A stretch of 64,000 bases of DNA from Thalia democratica (Eukaryota): assembly GCA_965202585.1 (NCBI GenBank), contig OZ241829.1, forward strand, positions 31,434,001-31,498,000. The letters are read 5' to 3'. The position numbers were made by a program, and so were the translations under genes. Within the stretch, counting starts at the first letter, position 1. Every line of letters begins with the position of its first letter. The notes below the pieces were generated by a model. That model did not search any database and had not been told where the DNA came from. It was given only the letters and a program-made list of their open reading frames with translations. Below are positions 1 to 15,000 of the stretch, piece after piece.

Positions 1-3000
1 GTTCGACAGATCGCTCAAGTTGGTGTTTTTACAAACATTCTTTCAAAACTGACCGATTTGCTTATGCGCTGAATTCGCACAGGTACACGATAAACTCCAG
101 CCACACCAGCTACTTGCTGGTGAAAGCCACCGTGGTCCCCATTCAGCTCCGACTGTCCACGCACTTCCTCGAGCTGCATCCCGAGAACGGGGCGTCCGTG
201 TACTGCGCGTACAAGTAAGTTGATGTTTGTACCAGAGGTTTTTGCGGTAAGCACAGTAGTGTGGAAGAAATCATTTCACTGTGAATTGAAAGCTAGTTAA
301 AGGATATAAACATTTTCATCATATAGGTAGAAAATTTTTGTTTCTACAAAAAATTTTTTTTTTCCCCACAGTAAGCAACCACTCAAACTTGTGTTTGAAT
401 TAGAAAAAAAGTTAGTAATTGGTATTCTCAATGCATTATTTTTTATTCTCAGGATTAAAGCATGCTTACAAACATGTAAGTAATATTTTATTTGAGTGTT
501 AGCAAACTTTTTAGGTCGACAGTGACACTGCACAACGACAGAAACCACCCGGCAGATTTCCAGTGGTCCCCCATACTGGGCGAACGAGGCACCGCGTTTT
601 CAATCAGGCCAGCGTCCGGCACCGTTGCCGCGTTCAAGAGCCTCAAGTGTGAGGTTTGACGACTTTTTGTTTTAGTTTAAGCTGTGGTTAATCGACTTAA
701 CACAGGTTTTTGTTTGGGTGAAACTTATACGTATTACAGCTAGCATTGAAAGTGAAATTTCCGAATTAAGTTTACAGATTAAAATAAAAAACTGAATGGG
801 CCTCGAGTGGTAAAAATTATATTTTTATTAGCAAACTTTCGCACCTCGAAAAGATGCTTTTAGCTAATAAAAAATAACTTGGTATAAGACGCTTGCAATT
901 ACTTTGTCGATTATTTTTTACGTTACTTTAAATTAAAGTAGAGTTGAAAATAGTTTAACTGCAAAAGTTTGTTTATTGTGAAAATACAAGAAAGTTATAA
1001 AGTATTTAAGTTTACCTGGAATAGTTGTTAAATCCTTTGTTACTGTAAACACAGGTGGTTTTTCACCAAAGTTACTTTGCACCACTAGAGGGTGAATTCC
1101 AAGTGAAGGTGAGCGGAGGAAAAACTTTTAAACTGAGCTGCGTTGCCAGATTGGGCACACCTACTGTAAAAGTAACAATGTTATCTATTTTTTGATTTAA
1201 ATTTTTTTATTGTGCTTGTTTACTTACCTTAAGTTTTTCGTTGTTTTTTGTGAAAACCACAAGGTGTTGTTACTACTTGACGCTTAAAACTTTTCATTTA
1301 CTTACATGATTTAATATTATTTTTTATTAACAAAGCAGTTCGGAATAACAATTTTTTGTATTTAAATTCAAATTGTTAAAAGTGCAATAAACGTAAGAAT
1401 GTTTTTCCGTAAGTTGTCGACGTATTCAAGCATAATTAGGCATTATAAGACGTAATTAGTTCAAAAATTGCGTTGTTTCTTATCTAAGTAGCTGACCGTC
1501 ACGTCACAGTTTTTGGACAAGCGCCTGGGTTTCGGCAACGTTGCCATGAAGCTGGTCGCCCACCGGACCGCCATCCTCAGCAACGTGGGCGCCTACAACG
1601 CCATGTTCTACGTTGCCAACAGCAACCCCATCCCCAACATGACCATTGAACCCGTGCATGGGATAATACCGGTGGGGGGCAGTACCGAGCTGAAAGTTTG
1701 TGTTTTTTGATGTTAATAATTAAAGTTTTTGTCAATGTTTTAAATTAGTCATTTTTGCTTGAAAAATTGTGAAAAATAAACAGGTATATAAATATATTTG
1801 TTTTACAAAGTACTCTAATTTGTAAATTTGAAATTTTTAGATTGTCAAAAAAATGAAAGACATGAGACTGTATCACACTTACTTTTGAAAACAAGTTACA
1901 TTACTTGGTTTCATTACTGTTATATTTTGTAAGAAGATGTTTTATGTATTAATTTATTTAAAAAAAATCAATGAGTACCGTAATAAGTACCATTTTTGTG
2001 GTACCTAAACATAAGTCTTTTAATTGTTTTCACATTTAAGTATGTGATTCATTCTATATATTTTTCTCTCATGATGTTACATTTAGTATAATTTATTTTA
2101 AACAACCTAATTAATTTTTCAGATAAAGTTTCAGCCGCAAAACTTGATCAAGTACGATGCATACACCGAAGTCTTTATAAGAGGCGCCAAACCGCTTGAG
2201 TTGAGGCTCAATGGCTGCGTCGAAGAACCGAAAGTTGATATAAACATATCTGTTAGTACGATATCAACTTTAGTGTTTATGCTTATATGTTAACAAGTAT
2301 TTTAAGTCGTTCACAGCATTGTTCTTTGTTTTAAGTTTTAAGTTGTAAAATACTTTTATAAACTTTTTTTAAGACATAGCAGTAATTGTACCCTTAACAT
2401 TAAACAAATCAGTTTTCTTAAAGCAACCTTTCCTAATGTTACATGTTTCAATATTGAAAGTGTCGTGTCTACCAATTTTCAATTGCAGAACTTCAATTTC
2501 CACGGGGTGTACTGCGGGTCGCGACACCTCATACCCTTCAAAATGTTCAACAGGGCCATGACGAAAGCCCTGGTGGAAGTGGACATGTCCAGGTACGAGG
2601 ATTTCACGTTTCACCGTGTCGTGGACAGACTAGTTGGTCAGTGAGAACTTTATAATCGATGTTTATATTTATATTTTCGAAGTTTACTATTATAGTAGAA
2701 GGTCTTTTTATCAACTTACGGTTTTAGTTTAGAATGTAAATAACTAAATAACTTTTACACTATAATAACAATATAAACAAGTTCTATTCACGTTTTTTTT
2801 TGTTCTTAATTGTAATATGTTATTGAACTGATTTTTGTTGAGATATTTTTGTGGCCCGCCTAAATAATTTTCTTTGAAATGTTGTCTGGTAGGTAAAACG
2901 ATAGGGCAACCTTGAACTAAACCTATCTCACACAACAAAATGTGTTTGTAACGTTTTTTTCCAATTTAATCATGTAAATTTTTTTTTACTAGTTCAAAAG

Positions 3001-6000
3001 TAAGAGTCTAAAAGTGTGTTCTATGTTTTGTAAAGTCACAAAAGAGTTGCTGTTTTGATCGCAACTCAAATTAAACTTGCATAATTTTTGCTTCACAATC
3101 AATAACTTAAAAAATTAAGCTTCGATCTACTTTTATTAATACATCATGCTATCTTTACAATACTTCAACACAAACAAACAGACGAGCAAATATGCACGAG
3201 TTCGGATGACATACCGAGGCAGCACAAATTTGAAATTCCTCCCAGAGCCTCGATTAACTGCTCCCTTCTGTTCGCACCAAGAGCCGTTAGTGTCATTTAC
3301 AATCATTGTTTTCGCGATATTTCTATGCAGAGTTTTAAAAACTTTAATTTAAAAAAATTTCAACCAAAAACGTAAAAATGTATCTTATAAACAATAAGTA
3401 TGTTTTGTATAAAGTTTATTTTTTCAGTTTATTGTTTATAATTATTGTTTAATGTAAAGTTCCTGAGTTCTAGTGGAACTTCTAACAATTAGAAGTAACT
3501 ATATATACTTATATACCACGTAAGGTCTATATAAAATAGTTTAAACATTTCATAGCATGTTTAACAACAATGTTCATAATTAGAACTTTCGTATGCTTCC
3601 GTCTAACAGCCAATGTTAACTTTTTGTAGAAAAGTATATCGTGGCACCATTTTTTCCAACAGGCAGCACAAATTAGTAGAATAATAGTTTAGTTCTATAA
3701 ACAAATTTGCAGTATAACAATGAACATACTTTCAATCCACTAGGTGGCGGCGTACGACTTCCTGCTTCCCGTCAGATTAAACAAATGCGAAGCTCCACCG
3801 CCGTCTCCCTCCGTCGAACCCTTGACTCCCACCTCCTCCGAGCTGCAGGCCACCCAGGCGCAGTTTTCCTCCCACAAGAAGCAGCGCCACACGTCGGGTT
3901 CGAGGGGCCCCGTCCCAGGGGACAAGGTCATCACCCCCTGCAGGAGGATCCAGGCCACCGCGTTGAGGGTTCCCTTGAAAATGTCGCAGACCGAGTTGGT
4001 GTTTTCTCTAGTTGTTTGTTATGGAGTCCGACGTTTTTTTTTAGTGTTTAGCTTTTAATATGTTTCTGTTTGTTTATTTTATCACATAAACGTTCTATAT
4101 TCAGATGAAAAACTTATAATATGTTATTTAAATTAGAAATGTTGTTTTATATAATAAATGTTATGCAAAACACTTACTTGAAAGTCTCAAAAAGCAACCA
4201 TCATTAAATTTTCCCACCCACAAAAAAACTTCCTTCAAGGTTCAAGTTCACTCTGCCGTGCTCCTACATGAAGATGTCGGTTCCCGACAACGCGGGCGGC
4301 GACCGCAAACTGCTCCACTTGCAGAATATGACGTCACAAACGATCAAGTGGCGGCTGAAGGTGAGCAAGGTGAATGGCATGAGGAGCAAGGAGACCGCTT
4401 TCGTGTTTGTTTTTGTTTGCTGTTTACAAAGACTTTAAAAACATTTTACAAAGTTTGTTTTCGGTTAGCTGCTAACAAGCTATGCAGAGCTTTGTTTGGC
4501 TTGTTAATACTGAATTGAAAAAAGTTGTTTAGTTTATTAACTTATGCCACATAACTATCCATGTTTTTTGCTTTAGTTAACTTAAGTGAATGATGCCAGC
4601 CATGCTAGTCTTCTACCCACAATTTTTTACAAAGTAACAAAGTTCATAAAAACAAAGCTATTTAGATAAGTTAACTCGCTTATTAATTTTAGTTAGTACT
4701 GTTTTAATTATAACCCTTTACTAACAAAGCATGCTCAAATGTGTTTAAACTTTACCAAATTGACAGGTTCCTGAAACAGGGAGGCGCCGACTACCCCCCC
4801 AACAAGATTCAGGGGGAGATACCCGCCGGCGAAACTTACCGCGTCACCATAGTGTTTTGCCCGCGAAAAGTCGGCAGCTACGGTTGCGAGGTGCCGATGT
4901 ACATCGACCACGACGACTACTGCCGCCCTTACAGGTTACTGCTGGTATCAATTGCTACTCAGAAAAATGAGAGAGTTTGTTACGTCATTACTTTTTCATC
5001 GAGGTTGTGCGCGGTCTTGTAATTTTGGTGATTTTTAGTTGTCGGATAAACGCGTAATTTTTTTTTAGCCCAGCAATTTTTTTTTGAAAAACTGTCTATG
5101 TTTTTCCAAAACGTACCATATCGGTAAGTAAGCGTTGAAATATATAAGTCAGCAGTTATCTGTCTTCATTTGTAAAAGCTTGTTTGAAAACAATAAAAAT
5201 GTTATCCCTGGGAACTTTTCAAAAGTTCCTAACTGTCTTGACTAAAAAAGTTGCAGGCTTGAAACTAAAAGTAACATAAAATCAGGACAATAAAGCTGGA
5301 CGCCTTCATGAAGCAGTCCAGCATCCAGTTCCAGCCGCCCGTTCTCAACCTGACCCCCGTCCCACTGCAAATACAGGCGCAAGGACAGTTCAACGTCGTC
5401 GCCACCGGCTTCTGCAAGTTTGTTTCGTTGTTGCGTTTTTAAGCTGATATATTTCACCCAAGGCTCTGTCCATTGAAAATTGATTTTTGTACAGAGTCTC
5501 GAAAGTCTAAAACAAAGTCTAGGTACTTTGTTAAAGCTCAGGCATTAGCTATTACTAGATAATTTCAAAGTTAGTTATCATACATTTATACGCTTAACTT
5601 CAGTTACAATGCTTTGATTTCCTTAGGTTTGCCCCAATAATTGAAATAACTTGCAATCATGTACTTTTAGGTCGACTGCTCTCCGAGTTGAAATGGTACA
5701 GAATAAGAATGACGAAAAATACGATGTGCTCGAGCATTTTGATATCAAGTTTCCTAATGGACTTGTCATTAACCAACAAAACAAAGACAGAAGTATTTAT
5801 TTTATAATTTTAAAAACTGCTTTAACTTTTTTTTTTGTTTTAAAAGCATATCAAAGGCCAGTTTTAGTAGTTGGTGCAAAAAGCTAAAACAAAATTTACG
5901 ATTTTTCTCAGCCGAATTTTAGTTTAAAGTTAAGGAAAGATGCGTTTTTATAAGAACTTTTACAAACTAATAGTTCAAATATTTGTATAATTAAATATTT

Positions 6001-9000
6001 GACTGCTTTATTTTAGGTGGGTCTGTGAACAGCACTTTGACAGCTGTGTTGAGTTTCAAATCTCTAAATCATTTTTCAAAAACAATCAACATCGTCTTCA
6101 CTGACGAAGATGACAACAAGTGGGTGTTTTGAGCGTTCTAGTTTTTTAATAGACAATTACTTACGCCGTCATTGTTTTCTAGAAAAAGTTTTAAATACTA
6201 AAGTTTAAAATTTAAACTATGAACAAACATTTAGTTTAAACATCAAGTCTTGTTTCTTAGAAAATGATTTTCTACGAATCAGAGTTTTTTTATTCTGATG
6301 ATTGAGCTACAGATTTTTATTAAGTATTAGCTCATGATTTTTTCTAAATTTATTTCTCCACAATTTAAACTCAAATCGCGTTCAGGTACACAATGCAAGT
6401 GACGGCCACTGCAGACAACAGTTTACTGTCAACATACGCGTTCATGGCCAAGCACAAAACCGACTACAGAATCGTCTGCGCCGCTAAATCGTTCATAGGT
6501 CAGACGAGCAACAACGAACACCCGCAAGTTGTTAAAAGTTCGTTTGAAACTAGGGTTGAGTAGTTTAAAATTATTACAAAAATAAAAGAAACTACTTTGA
6601 GAGCACGAGCTTTATAAGATAGCTTTAAAAATGTTAATTAGTTAGAAAACATACGACAGTATACATTTTTACATCTTGATAAAGAACTTGTTTTATTAAC
6701 TCGTTTTAAAACAATAAAAGCGTATTCCATAACTTTTCTGACCCCAAAAATTTACTTTGTTTTAAAATAGTTTTTGATTATGAATGCTAAAATTATTTTT
6801 CTATTCTTATTTCGGCTATTATTATAATTAGGTTCTATAAAAGTTGTAAAACAATAAAAATAATCTTCCATCGTTTTTGCGACCCAATAATTTTATTTTC
6901 TATCACAACAAAAATTTAAACTCACCTGAATAACTTCCCGTGCAGCTACCGGTTGCGACGCGATGCTGATACCGCTGGAAGACAACAGCCAATCAGAGTC
7001 GCGCAGCCGGTGGAGCGGAACGAACTCCACGTCGCGCTTCAACATGTCGACCACTATGACGTATGACGGGGAAGGAGAAAGTCAGTTCGAGTACCGGTAC
7101 AGAGAGGGTTGGTTGTGCAAATTTGTTATTTTTTTGTAAAAAGTTTTCAAAATCAAACACCGATGTACAGTCGTACTAAACTGCATTAATAATTCAGATA
7201 ACCGTTTTATAATTTTGCTTAACTTTTTTTTACATTAGATGTTAATAGAAACAAGATAAAAAAATTACGGGTAGATTAGTTTAGTAAAACAGCTCCCTAA
7301 AGTTGACTATCAGTTTTTTGTGACGAAATAAAAGTAAGTCAGTAGTTAGTCAGTAGTTTTAGACTTTCATTCAGTTTTTTAAAAGTTTACTTCTCTTTGT
7401 TTTGAAGACTTTTTGTTTAAAATGTGAAATGACAGCTGAGAGGGCAGCAGTTAGCTCGACCGCAGTAAACAGTAAGAAGAGCAAAACATTTATCTCTGAC
7501 GACCAGAAGTCAGATACTGGTCAGTAAACTTTTCTTGTACTACTTGATCAAATTACAGTGGGTATCAAGTTTTACCAAGTAAGAATAAACGTAAACATAG
7601 TCACTAAGAAAAAGTTTAACCCTTGGTAAATTGAATATCTTGATACCCTTGATAAAATCTATAGTAATTATTTTTTCTTGCATTAAAACCTTTTTTTTTA
7701 TTTAGTCAAGTAAAAATTATTTGATAACTGATAAAGTTAGAAGAAGAAGATAATTTTTGTTAAATTTTGTTTTCAATTCATAGAAATTAATTTGTTTCTA
7801 AAATTAGTCTATGAGCTTTACTAAACTAGTACTTAATTTTTTATTTAATTAATTAAATATGATTTTTTACAACTATATGAACTGTAAACTGGTTAATTAA
7901 CTATTATATATTTTTTATAAAAAAAATCTTTATATTAATTAATCACTAAAATACTTATTAAAGTAATAAAAACTGTACTAAAACAAAATTGTTAATCTTA
8001 TTTATATATTTTAGGTACAGAATCATCAACTGCTATGACTTCAACTACAACAAAAACAATTTCAAACCGATCTGTTAACAAGGTTCGTCTCAAGTTGCAA
8101 TACTAAACTCGAGCCTTTTTGTTGCAAATGAACTCCGGCTTTGATTTCATAAAATGTTTGTGGTATTAAACACTGTTTGCGAAATGTAACAGTTAAAACT
8201 TAAAACGAGGATTTAAAAGTTTTCTGCATGATTTAGTAGAAATACCTGCTAAGCGCGTATAAAGACTTTTGATAACTTTCAATGTTACCAAACCAGCGGA
8301 GATTTTTTTATACTTCGCTCTTCCCACAGATCAGGAACTCTTACGTGTCCTCGCAAACCCCGGGCCTGCCCCCGGACGAGGACAGCTCGGAGGTGCGCGT
8401 CCACCCGACCGAGGACTCCTCGCTGTCCCAGAACGAGCTGGACTGCAACTCGATGTTCCCGCCGATGCACCACGACGACCACGGCTACCACTCGGACGTG
8501 GTCCGCACCGTCGAGTGCTGGTTCCAGAGCTTCGGGTGGAACACGCCCTTCCACTTCAAGATACCCGACAACATCAGGAAGTCGGTGTTGTTTCAATAAA
8601 TTTTTATTGTCAACATTTAATACAGTTTAATTATAAGTTTATTGAACCAGACAAATTTGGTTTAAGGACCTGGTGTGCGAAAAGACATCTTGGTCTACGA
8701 GTCGTACACCATCTGTTTATTTTCAAATGATAATTTTTTCTTACAATCGAAACATTGAGTTAACATTTCAAAACGTTGATCTTCATTAAAGATTAAGCAG
8801 TTGATCGCCATATTTTTTAATAAATTACAAAGTGCTTTAAATTTTAATTGAAACTGTTGACTGAACGTTCACAAAATTTTGTAGCCTGACGAGCAGATAC
8901 GCGTGCAGGTATGACGAGGAAAACTTCAAAACTTCCTCCAGCACCGCCATAACCAACTCCAACACCTTGTACGACATGATCTCCCACTTGACTGGAAGGT

Positions 9001-12000
9001 AGCTTGGTTGTTTGATTAAACTATAAGTTAAACATGATTTAATGGGACACGTTCAAAATCCACCCGCAATCAAAATCCACCCAGCCAAATTCGAGAATCG
9101 CTTACCGATCGAGGGTTAGGGGTATCAGTGATAGTGAAAAAAAATGCAAAAAATATATAAAATAAATTAAGAAAATAAAGTAAAAAATTGGGTGGATTAT
9201 GAAACGCGAGTAGATTTCGATAATATACCGATTTAATAGAGCTAAAAGGTGATTGATTTATAAAGTTTTTAGAACTGGAACCTCACAAAGTCAGATAAAT
9301 ATTTTTCTCTATTATAAGATAAAGACACTATACAATTCTACAGTGAAATTTTTTAATACTCCCTGCTTCGTAATCAAATACTTGTTTAAGTTTAATTTAA
9401 ATAAAACTTCAGGCAACTGCCAGGAGTTTCGGTCAATTCTCCGCTTCCCAGCAACACGAAAGAAAGAATCACGCAACTTCACTGGCAACACGCCACTCTC
9501 ATAACACTTGTCAGGTAATTTACGTTTACTTGTCTGTTTTACTGAAATGTATGAGCAAACGATTTTTAAGTTAGAGCTAGTTCTTCAATAACTTATTTAA
9601 CCATAAAGGACTTTTTAACTCTAATACGAAGCTCGCAATAAAAAAAAATCTAATCAAAGACACACTTACCTAACATACAGTAACTATTCCCCACACACAC
9701 ACACGCACAACTTTACTGAACAACCAAAACTGAATTTCACAGAGCGAACGGCGGATCGGTGGCGAGCATCCGGCCGGAGCACCTGCTCAACCCCACCGAC
9801 TACAAGAGCTGGGCGCGGCTGAAGGGCCAGGTGAGGTGCGACGCGCCCCCCCTGCCCCACGAAACCAAGTCGGACTCGTCGGTGGAGTCGAGGGACAGCG
9901 ACGAGCTGGACTCGGTGGGGGCGCCGTCCGAGACGCTGTCGTCGATGCAGGTGCTGAAGCGGCACGACTTCAAGGAGTTCGACGAGGCCACGTTCCACCT
10001 GGTCAGCAAGAAGGCGTGGTGCGACCTGCTCATTCAGATTTACAAGGTTTCGTTTGTGTTGGAGAGTTGCTAAGACGTGTTCATTTGTTTCGTTGGTTTC
10101 AAGGCGATAATTCTTAGTGTTTGAAACGTCGTATCTACTGCTTTTCAAGTTTTTAAATCGCCGCAAGTTGTCTTCCATGTAAAGTAGTTTTTATTGATGA
10201 GGCTATGTGCAACTCTTTTTTGTTTATTTTTTTTTTAACTATTTTTATTAAAGCAAGTTTTTTTTTGCAATAACATTAAGTCTTTACAAATTGTCGACTC
10301 CACAACTGACGTTTCTTTCCAGGTTTTCATTCTGTCCAGAGTGAATTACCAAAACTATTTGCAGCTGAAGCCGCTTCCGAAAGGAACAAACTTTCCGCCA
10401 ATCAACCCGGAGCTGGCGTCCAGCAATATTTACAGGTACACCTGCTATGTTTGAAATATAAATGTATAAAAAGTAGCGCTTCACATACAAGTTCAATTGA
10501 ACTTTTATTCATTTAAAGTAACGTATTTTGTTTAAAAGAATGTTGATAGAAGTGATTTCATATGTATTTATAAGTATTTTCATTGTTTATTACAAAAACT
10601 CACACACACATAATTTACTTTTCAATCCGCTTCAGCTTGAGCGAGCGAATAGTTCTGTCGTGGCTGAACCACTGTTATGCGCACTTCTGCAAAACCTACA
10701 CCAACAGCGAGGGCCTGCCCCCTTCGTCGCGGTGGGTCGTCAACTTTGACGCCGACCTCTTGGACGGCCTGGTCCTGTGCGCCGCCCTCGGAGTCTACTG
10801 TCCCTGGCTGGTTCGTTGCGTCCTTTTTTTTTTTAAACATCATAAACATTTGAAAGTATTTAATTTTATGACATTCGGATTAATAAAGCATTTTGAGATA
10901 GCAAAGTAACTTGAGGTGTTTTGGTTTAAAGTTCAACTTAATAGTGAATTTTTGGTAGAAATACTATATTTTATGTTTAAGATTTAATTAAAATTAATCT
11001 TACACTTAAACTAATGCTTAAAAGTTTACGAAAAATGTTATTAAGTTAATACATGAAAGAATGTTTTTTAGGGGAGATAATAAATTTAATCTATTATTTT
11101 TGTAACAACACACTTTCGAATAATTTATACTTGATATAAACAACATCTACTTCTTCACAGTTCATTTGATTTACAGCCGTATGTTACTGTTTATTTAACC
11201 TCCATAACTATTTGTTGATAGAAAGAAGAAGTGTTGCAAGATTTGTACGTTGCGCCCACCACGGCCGAAGAGTGCCTCCACAACAGTTTGCTGTTCATAA
11301 AAGCCATGAAGTCGCTCAGCTTCATCTACCAGATACAAGCAACTGACATCACCGATCCCAATCCCATCACAATGTTGTTTGTTAGTGTTTGAAACATGTG
11401 TGTTAAAAAAAGAAACGTGCTTAACTTAGACATTTGAAACATTGGTCATTTAAGAAAATTTTTAGTAAGTTGTATGATCAATTTATTTTTTATATTATAT
11501 TGATAGCACCAGCAGTAAATTTTTGTACAACGACTTTAAGTTAGTAAAAAAACATGCAAAATTTATTTAACTACATGGATGTATTAAGAGATTCTAAAAT
11601 TATGGTTTTAGAATTATAGTGCTAGTAATATTCTAAATTTTTACAGTTATTGTTGTGTTACATTTTTGTTCCTAACAGTCGGCTAATGTTTTATATTTTA
11701 TAAATTTTTATTAAACAGTTATGCGTGTATTTGTATCAACAACTACCTGATTTCCTACCAAAAGCCAAGGTTGAGTTTCTCGGATCTCTGGGAGGAACCG
11801 TTAAAAGAAAGGTTGGTTTTGTATTTAAATTTTGGATGAGTTTAAGCTACTTTCCAAACTTAAATAAGCTCTGTGTCTTTATATCTAATAAATATTAAGC
11901 ATATAGCAGAATGATTTAACAACTTTGTAATATGCACTTAATAGGTCTCCGAGTAACATTATAACATGTTAAATTGTATTATATAGATTTTTAAAATAAT

Positions 12001-15000
12001 TTTAATTGTTAAATTGTAAATAAATTATTATATTTTTGCAATGATGCATTTAGGTAATGGTGCAAAATTCAGCTGGTAAGCCGGTGAAGTACATTAGCAA
12101 AATTGTGGGTAGAGATTCAAATGACTTTCATATTATAGATGGCAAGGAGCTTCATACGCTGGCCAGGTATATAAAATATGAAGTAGTCGAACTTTTTTTG
12201 TTATTATAAGCTAAAATAATCTTTTAAATGAGTACTAATATATAATTAGGCTCAGTTTTAAAGCAAGACATAACACTCAACATAACAAAAAAAATATTTT
12301 AAGCTAGGTTCAAGCAACATACGCCCCGCGATGTAATTTTTAGCTTAAAATCAATTTATGCAAAGCAAAAAATGAACTATGTGCTTTATCAAATGTAATC
12401 TAAAATCAATTTTAAGTACACTACGCAGCAGTACTGATTAAATGAATATTTTGTTATAGTTTTCTTTTGAAAAGTTGTTGGTAATTTTTATGGTAAGTTT
12501 TTTTTAATTACGCGGCTTGCGCAAGACTTTTTCTGATGAACCTCCCTGCCGACTGCAAAAGATTTTCACCACCACTCTGGAACAACGCATTGCATTTTTT
12601 TTACCTTATTAAAACCAAAACAAAAAGGATCAGCTTTCAAAAATGCATTTTGTTTCACTTTTGTCACGAATACACGCAGGGTCTACACTCCCGTCGAGGT
12701 CACCTTCCGGTCCAGGCTTCTGCGGCCGGCCGAGGCCTACCTCGTTCTCACGTCCAAGTTCGAGTTTCCCACGCAGATCGAGACCAACCACACGAACCAC
12801 GCGTCCAAGCTGAGCATGTCGCAGCAGTACATGGTCGGCGACACGCTGGTGTTCGAGCTGTCCACCATCGTCAACGACGTGCAGCCCATCAGGATCGTCC
12901 CGTGCCAGTCGCCCTGCTACGAGATCACCCCCGTGCAAGTGCCCGTAAGTCGTTTGAAAATAATAGTTTTAGATTTAAACTTGTTTGAGGACGTGTTTTA
13001 TTCTAAAATAAATTAGCAACTCAAGTAAAAAAAAGAAAATTAATGAAAAACTGCACTATAAAATAGCATGCTTCTTAAGTTTGAAAGGTTATAAATTTAA
13101 CTTGTACAAGTGTTTTATGTGTTATTGTTAAAGCATAAAATATAAACGAAATTAATAGCTTGTTTTAGTTTTAGATTTTTTAAATCTGTGACAGACAGGA
13201 AAAATTTAAATATTTTGATAAGTAAGTTTCAAACATACCAATAAACTTTTATAAATTCTAATGATACAAAACTTGATAAATTGTTATATTTTTGAAATTT
13301 TATTTACTACTCTAGTATATAACAAAACTACTTTAAAGAAGTATAATGTAATAGCTACTTTTATGGTAATGAAAATAAAAACTGGAGTGTATAAATACTT
13401 GTAGTGATGTTAAACAATGATAATTTGAATTAAAGGCTGTACAATGGGAATTTACATTAGATTACTTCAACGTCTAAACTTTTTATTTGAATTTCGTTAA
13501 AAAAATTAAGTTTTAATATATTGTGTTTTATGGTACACTCGTGACTTAGTAGATTTTGATTAAAATTTTAAGCTTTTAATTGCCAATATAAATTATCCTT
13601 GCATCTTCGCTTAATCTAAGACTGAAGATTGATTTTATAATTGTATATAGAAGTTACTTTATTTAGAATTTTGTTCATTAAAAAAGGTTATAAGAAATTT
13701 TGACAAAATCAACTGTAAACGTAATTATAGATATTTTATTAACAAAATTCACCGTGGAACTTTTAAGCTATTTAAATCCTTAAATTTTATTTGTTTATTT
13801 AACAAGATATTACTAAGTTTTTTGTTATCAAAAATAAAGCTGTGAAAATAATTTTAGATACTAAATATGATCTATTTGGCTTTATAGTTGTATTATTTAT
13901 TTAAATATCTTCAACTGTTTACACGTAGACAGGGTTCCCACTTCCCTATATATCACTATAATTTCCTACCAATTTGCAATACTCTGAAAGATCCCTATAA
14001 ATACCTAGAAAAAATTGAAAACTATGTGAAAATCCCTAGAAATCCCTATGAATTACGTTTGTTTTTTGTTGATGGTTGAAATTTGAAAGCAAAACAGTGA
14101 CACCGCGTGGTGAAAAACACATAAAAAATGTTTTAAGTATTTTTTAAATCTAAATCTTTGCAATCTCAGTAAAAAGCTGTAACTCCATGCTGCCACCTGG
14201 CGGATAAAATTATCTTTATTTACATTAAATCCAATTTATCTAAAGTTTGCTAACTTAACTAAAATTAGAGCTCAAAAACCCTCAAACTTTCGTAAATTTC
14301 TTATTAAGACTGTGCTTATAAACGGTTAATGACATATTTTACTTTATGTACTTTAAAAGTATGTTCGTAACGTATAAAATTCATTGTTATTTTTTTGATA
14401 ATTTCCCTATAAATTTGCTATACTTTATGGATTTCCCTATAATTTTTTTAAATAATTTTAGTAGGAACCCTGCGTAGATATCTGTGAAAATAATAGTTAC
14501 AACTTTTTAATGCAAGCATCAAGATATAGGTGATAAAAATTTTAAAATACACATAGATTAAAATAAAAAGTTTTTTTCAATTATATGTTGACAATAAGTT
14601 GTGTAAAATATTTTATTTTAAGTTTAATTTAAATACTATATTTAACTTATTATAAATTAAAAAAACTCTCTTTTAGTTAGTTTATTGCTTAAGATTATTC
14701 TAATGTTTACTAAATGTTTATAGAAAAAATTCTATAATTGTCGAGGAGTTTTTTGTAACAGCAACTTTTAAGGTATAGAAATAGCTTTTTTTAAATAATA
14801 GCTTTTCTCTATCCTAACTATCAACATTTTGTAGTAAGTATTTGCTTTTTTTTCATTATACCACATCCCAACGTTTTAAAAAATGTTTAAGGCTCAGTCT
14901 TTTTTTTTTTTTTGTTTTATTCAGCTGTCATTATAATTAAAAAACATTGTATATCAACCTAGTTTGAAAAAGTAAGTAAACTACAGTTTAGACTTTGTAG

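Noticed and set aside
9112-9122. Interstitial telomere (agggttagggg)
   Set aside because: Only one TTAGGG unit is present, and it is part of the shared MITE core reported as a finding.
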